A DNA stretch of 64,000 nucleotides from a virus (Duplodnaviria > Caudoviricetes). Positions within the stretch are counted from its first letter, which is position 1. Every line of letters begins with the position of its first letter. Below, one piece after another: positions 59,565 through 64,000 of the stretch. Location of the stretch: positions 32,001 to 96,000 of the IMG/VR virus record IMGVR_UViG_2757320919_000001. One strand, given 5' to 3'. Below the pieces are notes generated by a model that saw only the letters and a list, made by a program, of their open reading frames with translations, searched no databases and was not told the DNA's origin. A program made the position numbers and the translations under genes.

Positions 59565-60887
59565 TTATTTATATTTTGCTGATTTTTCTTGCTCTAATAT
59601 TTTTTCAATACTATCTGCTTCATCTTTATCGTGTCTTAGCTCAATGAAAACAGGTAATATTAAAGAATATTTACCATTTTTTTCCATTGCTCTATGGGCT
59701 TCTACTGTAACAATTTTACCAATCATATTATTATTCCAAAAGAAATCTCTATCACTTTCTTTAAAACCAGTTCCAACACATACTTCTAACGAACCTTCAT
59801 CACTTTCACATACTAAAGCTCCTAATGTATTTTCACAAGATGTACCAGATTTACCACATTGATAACCCTTTATTCTTAAATCTACTTGAAACTTAATTTT
59901 TAATTTAAGCTGGTCATTTGATGTTTTGTCACCCCAAGTTGCAAATCTATTCTTAACAATAACACCTTCTTGGTCTTGTGAAACAAGATTTTTATAATGT
60001 TCCATTATTTCTTCCATATTATTTACTATATTATATATAACTGGATATATAAACCCATTAGGTGTTTCAGTAATTTTACGAACATTGTTAAATCGTGTTT
60101 CATAAGGTATATTACATTTTCTTTCCAAATAATCACTATAAGGAATACAATCCCATGCTTTTAAAATAATTTTATTTGACTCTTCTTCTGTTATAGTTTG
60201 GTTTGTTTCGCTACTTTTGTTAATAATACCATTTCCAATTTCTCTTGGAAGTATATTACCATTTTCAGCACATAATAATTCACCCATTATTACACATTCA
60301 CCAAGAGTATAATATATTAGTTGTTGTAGTTTTGAAAAATCTCTTTTAAATTTATATTCTGTTCCTGCTCTAGATACAAATTGAATACTGTTTTTAGTAA
60401 CAATTACATTACAAAATTGACCATCTAGTTTTTCTTGAATGTATGCAGGATATTTTATTTTTGATGATGTTTTTTCATTTAATAACGCACATCTCATATA
60501 AGGTGGTTTTTTTACAAAATTAGGGATAGCACTATTGATTGTTTTAATACCTAAATCAGCCTGAAGGTTTTTTCTAATTACTTTTTGTAGAAGCAATTGA
60601 TTTTCGTAGTCTAATTGTTTTGCAAGTTTAATTATAAAAGTTTCAGCATCATTACCCCTGTATATACCATTTTGTAAATAATCAAGTGATGATATTATAT
60701 TATCTAATATGTCATTACCTGTTTCAGATGGCAATTCAAAATCTGTTATTCCTAATCTAGTTTTTGGATTATATACTATATCTAAAAGTTTAATGAAATT
60801 TTGATTATCTTTATTGTTTTTAATTATTGCAATTTTACCTGCATCTGTATTTTCATTTTTTAAGTTGTTAATTATATTTACTAACAT
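59565..60887 (-). CDS. 30: ATP-dependent DNA ligase gp30
   Basis: EKLDG adenylation motif, SRAG, MGEL, EGVIVK, KLK, GTGF, LPVF.ELRHDK. Confidence 0.95.
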   Translation of the reverse strand: MLVNIINNLKNENTDAGKIAIIKNNKDNQNFIKLLDIVYNPKTRLGITDFELPSETGNDILDNIISSLDYLQNGIYRGNDAETFIIKLAKQLDYENQLLLQKVIRKNLQADLGIKTINSAIPNFVKKPPYMRCALLNEKTSSKIKYPAYIQEKLDGQFCNVIVTKNSIQFVSRAGTEYKFKRDFSKLQQLIYYTLGECVIMGELLCAENGNILPREIGNGIINKSSETNQTITEEESNKIILKAWDCIPYSDYLERKCNIPYETRFNNVRKITETPNGFIYPVIYNIVNNMEEIMEHYKNLVSQDQEGVIVKNRFATWGDKTSNDQLKLKIKFQVDLRIKGYQCGKSGTSCENTLGALVCESDEGSLEVCVGTGFKESDRDFFWNNNMIGKIVTVEAHRAMEKNGKYSLILPVFIELRHDKDEADSIEKILEQEKSAKYK

Positions 60888-60932
60888 ACAATACCTTTCA
60901 ATTTTATTGAAGGTATTGTATCATAAAATTCC

Positions 60933-61061
60933 TTAATTTTTACTTAATTTTTTTAAAGTTAAAGTTTTGGTTTGTTTATATTTTATAACTTTTGGCTTAA
61001 TTTTACCTCTCTTTAATGTAAGTCTAGAAGGTGTGGTAGCTATATCACCTGAAGTTGTCAT
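60933..61061 (-). CDS. 42-aa basic micro-protein
   Basis: Not in ORF track. MTTSGDIATTPSRLTLKRGKIKPKVIKYKQTKTLTLKKLSKN; ATGA overlap with the upstream stop and AAGG SD. Confidence 0.55.
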   Translation of the reverse strand: MTTSGDIATTPSRLTLKRGKIKPKVIKYKQTKTLTLKKLSKN

Positions 61062-61357
61062 AAATTACCTTTATTTTGATTTAAAGTATCAACAAAAATA
61101 ATGAATTTGTCTATGTTTTCTATAGAATTTGAATACACAACATATTTACCATTATCATTTAACTTCACTAGTATACCTATATCATCATATTTTGATTGAA
61201 ACTTAAGTGATAATTTGATATTATATTTTAACTTCAATGTTTCAGACAAACTAACTGGCAGTTCTTTATTAAAATTCAAAAAAGACTCATCAAAATCTTG
61301 ATCTGTTACTTCAAATTGAAGATCTAAACTTGATTCATATAAATATTTAGTATACAT
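61058..61357 (-). CDS. hypothetical protein, possible internal head protein
   Basis: N-terminus MYTKYLYES. Confidence 0.6.
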   Translation of the reverse strand: MYTKYLYESSLDLQFEVTDQDFDESFLNFNKELPVSLSETLKLKYNIKLSLKFQSKYDDIGILVKLNDNGKYVVYSNSIENIDKFIIFVDTLNQNKGNL

Positions 61358-61847
61358 TATTAATTAGCTCCTTTTTATGTTTTTTTATAAATATCTCAAA
61401 ATTATACGCATAATAATCTTTATATTTAAATATAAAACCTCCAAAATTATGTTTTATAAAAACAAATGGTTTTATATTATCATATTTTACAACTAGCATA
61501 GGTAATTTATTTGATATCTCACAATCAGCTTCAACTTGTAATATCCATTTATCCCATTGTGCACATTCCTGGATAATTAAAGAGTTAAAAGATGGTGCAG
61601 TTGCATAATGCTTACATTCAACAGTATATTTAAATTCGGATGGGCATATTATATCACCTGCGTAGAAAGTATGCTCATTTAAAACATTCATACCACGATA
61701 GCTGTTACTACCACCAAACACAGAACCACTAGATATATTTCTTTGAAATGATTGAGCAACATTAAATACATCAGCATAATTATCTGATAACATTTTTGCA
61801 ACTGTTCGTTCAAAGGTATTACCTTTAGACTTGCTTTTATTAGCCAT
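61347..61847 (-). CDS. Holliday junction resolvase (PD-(D/E)XK)
   Basis: SKSKGNTFER.VA, SG, GDII, VECK motifs; start MANKS at 61847. Confidence 0.8.
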   Translation of the reverse strand: MANKSKSKGNTFERTVAKMLSDNYADVFNVAQSFQRNISSGSVFGGSNSYRGMNVLNEHTFYAGDIICPSEFKYTVECKHYATAPSFNSLIIQECAQWDKWILQVEADCEISNKLPMLVVKYDNIKPFVFIKHNFGGFIFKYKDYYAYNFEIFIKKHKKELINNVY

Positions 61848-61863
61848 AAATAACCTTTTTAGA

Positions 61864-62256
61864 TTATTTATTTTTAAAATACTTTGCAAAACCAGTATAT
61901 GTATAATTAAAAAATATAGTTTCGTCTTTTGATACTAATATAAGTTTTGCATATTTTCTTAAAAATTTTGAAATCCCATCATATATTTCAGAATTACTGC
62001 CATATACTTTCTTATTGACTACATAATGTTTAATTTTAAATGATGAACATTCACCACATTTAAAAACAGCGTCCATCTCTACTCTAATAGTTGGTAATTC
62101 TTTAGAAGGTGAAGCTAAGTATATAGTACCTGAAACATCAACAACACCAGGAACTAATATTTTGCGATTTAATTTGTGTAGGTTTTTCGTAGAAACAACA
62201 TTTGCTGATAACTCTTTTGAATTTATAAATTGTACTTTCATTTTCTGTCCTTTCAT
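61864..62256 (-). CDS. hypothetical protein
   Basis: ORF with upstream promoter motif at 62291-62322. Confidence 0.7.
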   Translation of the reverse strand: MKGQKMKVQFINSKELSANVVSTKNLHKLNRKILVPGVVDVSGTIYLASPSKELPTIRVEMDAVFKCGECSSFKIKHYVVNKKVYGSNSEIYDGISKFLRKYAKLILVSKDETIFFNYTYTGFAKYFKNK

Positions 62257-62332
62257 CTGGGATTCTTTAATCCCTAATTTTTATACTGTAATGGTACCAA
62301 AATAGACTTAAGACAACCTTAAAAGTACATGG

Positions 62333-62354
62333 AAAAGGTGCAAACGCACCTTTT
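62333..62354. terminator. intrinsic terminator
   Basis: AAAAGGTGC-AAAC-GCACCTTTT. Confidence 0.75.
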
Positions 62355-63146
62355 TTACCAATTTACTTTATTTCCAAAAATATCATACCAGTCATTAGCA
62401 TTTATTTCGTTATTATCAACAAATAATTTACCTTTTCGTTGGACAACATTAAACCCAAGACCATTTAGTCTAGCTCTAGTTGTTTGTGAATTATAACCTG
62501 CTAATGAATATTTTTCATCACCATTTTTATTTTTAACAGCTATTAAATTATCGTGTAATCTTACTTCTGTATTACCTTTATCATCTACACTTACTACAGT
62601 ATTCCCATCTTTAATTGGTTTACTATTATAAAAATATAATCCTATTTTCTTATCAATTTTTCTACTTTCATTTATTGAGTTATCATCCAAATCATCATCT
62701 TCTAGGTCATCGTCTGAATCGTCTAAACCATCATCACCTTGATTGTCATCTACATTGTCCAAATCATCATCTATATCATCATCTAATTCAAGATTTAAAG
62801 TTTCAAAAACATCATCTATAAGAGTTTGTTCGTCTTCGGTAATATCTTCTCTTTCTATTAAGAAAGGTGTAGTACCATTTACTAATATGATGCATACTTT
62901 TTCAAAAATTGATATAACATAATCTTTTCCAACAACAGAACCCATTATATTTTCATCAGAGAATTCTTCCATATTTTCTAAAGCATCTTTTAAACCATTT
63001 ACTTCTGACTCATTAATAGAAATTTTTCTCTTGATATATTTAAAATATCCTTTTTCTGCAGCTTCATTTAAAGTAATACTTTTACCTTTATTCATATTTT
63101 TAGCTTTTCTTTTAACTGCTTCATTTAATGTAGTACTTTTTTTCAT
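62355..63146 (-). CDS. acidic protein with repeated L/I-N-E sites, possible prohead core/internal protein
   Basis: TLNEA x2, SINES x2 and a long Asp-rich tract. Confidence 0.55.
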   Translation of the reverse strand: MKKSTTLNEAVKRKAKNMNKGKSITLNEAAEKGYFKYIKRKISINESEVNGLKDALENMEEFSDENIMGSVVGKDYVISIFEKVCIILVNGTTPFLIEREDITEDEQTLIDDVFETLNLELDDDIDDDLDNVDDNQGDDGLDDSDDDLEDDDLDDNSINESRKIDKKIGLYFYNSKPIKDGNTVVSVDDKGNTEVRLHDNLIAVKNKNGDEKYSLAGYNSQTTRARLNGLGFNVVQRKGKLFVDNNEINANDWYDIFGNKVNW

Positions 63147-63156
63147 TTAACATCCT

Positions 63157-63789
63157 TTATATTTTGATTACTTTGTCGCCTGTACCAACAAACATTATAT
63201 TTGTGATAATTTGATCAATTTTATTTTTATCTTTAGTTGTTTTTATTATATCTATAATTTTTTCTAGAGATGGTGATTTATATTTTAATTCACTAATAAG
63301 TTTAAGTGTCTTTTCCCTTTTAGTTTCTAAATCATTCTCATTCCATATGTTTTTTAAATCATCTTTAGAAATTTGCTTTAATTTGGCTTCATCTAACTTA
63401 TTAAAAGCATTTTCTAATATAGGGTTCTTTTCACCATCTTCTATATCTTTTGCAATTTGATCAGGTGTTCCACCGTTATATAATGCTTGTGAATTAACAT
63501 CTTTCCATTCTTCAGGAGTAAGTTCTTTTTTATATTCTTTGATTACCCAAGTATCGCGATCAAATTGTTTCACATCGAAGTTGTCTTCAAGCTCTTCTAA
63601 CTTGTTAAATTTAGCATCACCACCATACATCACACAATAACCATGTCTTAATAATTTTGAATACGCACTAGCTGGTGCCTTAATACCAACATCTAAACAG
63701 TTTCTGATAAGCTGTTGGATTTCCTCATATGTTACCATTATATTCCTTTTGATTAGATTTTCCAAATTATTTATAAAATTATACAACAT
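63157..63789 (-). CDS. hypothetical protein (start probably at MVTYEE)
   Basis: AAGGA SD before an internal Met; a promoter at 63778-63810 overlaps the annotated start. Confidence 0.7.
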   Translation of the reverse strand: MLYNFINNLENLIKRNIMVTYEEIQQLIRNCLDVGIKAPASAYSKLLRHGYCVMYGGDAKFNKLEELEDNFDVKQFDRDTWVIKEYKKELTPEEWKDVNSQALYNGGTPDQIAKDIEDGEKNPILENAFNKLDEAKLKQISKDDLKNIWNENDLETKREKTLKLISELKYKSPSLEKIIDIIKTTKDKNKIDQIITNIMFVGTGDKVIKI

Positions 63790-63833
63790 TTTGGTTTAAA
63801 TTTAACTTAACCAAAATATTTATAAATAATTAT

Positions 63834-64000
63834 ATGGATAAATTAGAATATTTAAAATCATTAGGATATAACTTATTATCTGTTGAAGGTTCTTATGTAA
63901 AAGTCGAGTGTAAAAATAAACATATATTTAGACGGGCTTTTGCATCATTTAAAATCAGAAATACACCATGTCCAGAATGTGAAATAGAAAATAGAAAACA
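63834..64000 (+). CDS. hef: Hef-like endonuclease 8, N-terminus (runs off window)
   Basis: MDKLEYLKSLGYNLLSVEGSYVKVECKNKHIFRRAFASFKIRNTPCPEC; TATAAATA ends 5 nt upstream, no SD. Confidence 0.8.
   Translation, partial: MDKLEYLKSLGYNLLSVEGSYVKVECKNKHIFRRAFASFKIRNTPCPECEIENRK

Noticed and set aside
108-62821. Many 60-156 aa ORFs antisense to, or nested in, long genes (e.g. 108..320, 1867..2154, 19938..20360, 42998..43468, 48976..49224)
   Set aside because: Shadow ORFs of recognisable genes; no SD or motifs, and their composition mirrors the opposite strand.
1-64000. Stop-codon reassignment as the cause of the split genes
   Set aside because: Nearly all core genes are full length in the standard code, and the breaks involve frame changes or an intein, not read-through.

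Overview
This 64 kb window is very AT-rich and comes from a T4-like Campylobacter myovirus, most likely Fletchervirus (CP81/NCTC12673-like). It holds replication and recombination genes (uvsX, 41, 44/62, 45, 32, rnh, ligase, topoisomerase II, Holliday junction resolvase) and nucleotide-metabolism genes (dUTPase, ThyX). It also holds baseplate and tail genes (5, 5.4, 6, 19 paralogs, 25, 48-like, 53, 18), spanins, a FlaGrab/Gp047-like protein, an amidinotransferase and a terminase N-half ending in a split intein. The most striking feature is eight 'Hef-like' paralogs. Seven of them carry 4-6 tandem ~52-aa CHCC zinc modules with hypervariable residues at fixed helix positions, then a Vsr-like nuclease and a Mom/GNAT-like domain; the eighth is cut off after its first module. 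Their catalytic halves share long identical DNA patches. This looks like a modular, re-programmable DNA-recognition system. Other items worth follow-up: an in-frame A_AAA_AAG frameshift site in the topoisomerase large subunit, a structured RNA upstream of a DUF2828/TROVE-like gene, an uncalled ArfA-like micro-ORF, gene cassettes bounded by promoter-derived direct repeats, and palindromic late-promoter/RBS switches. All family assignments come from motif recognition by eye; no searches were run.
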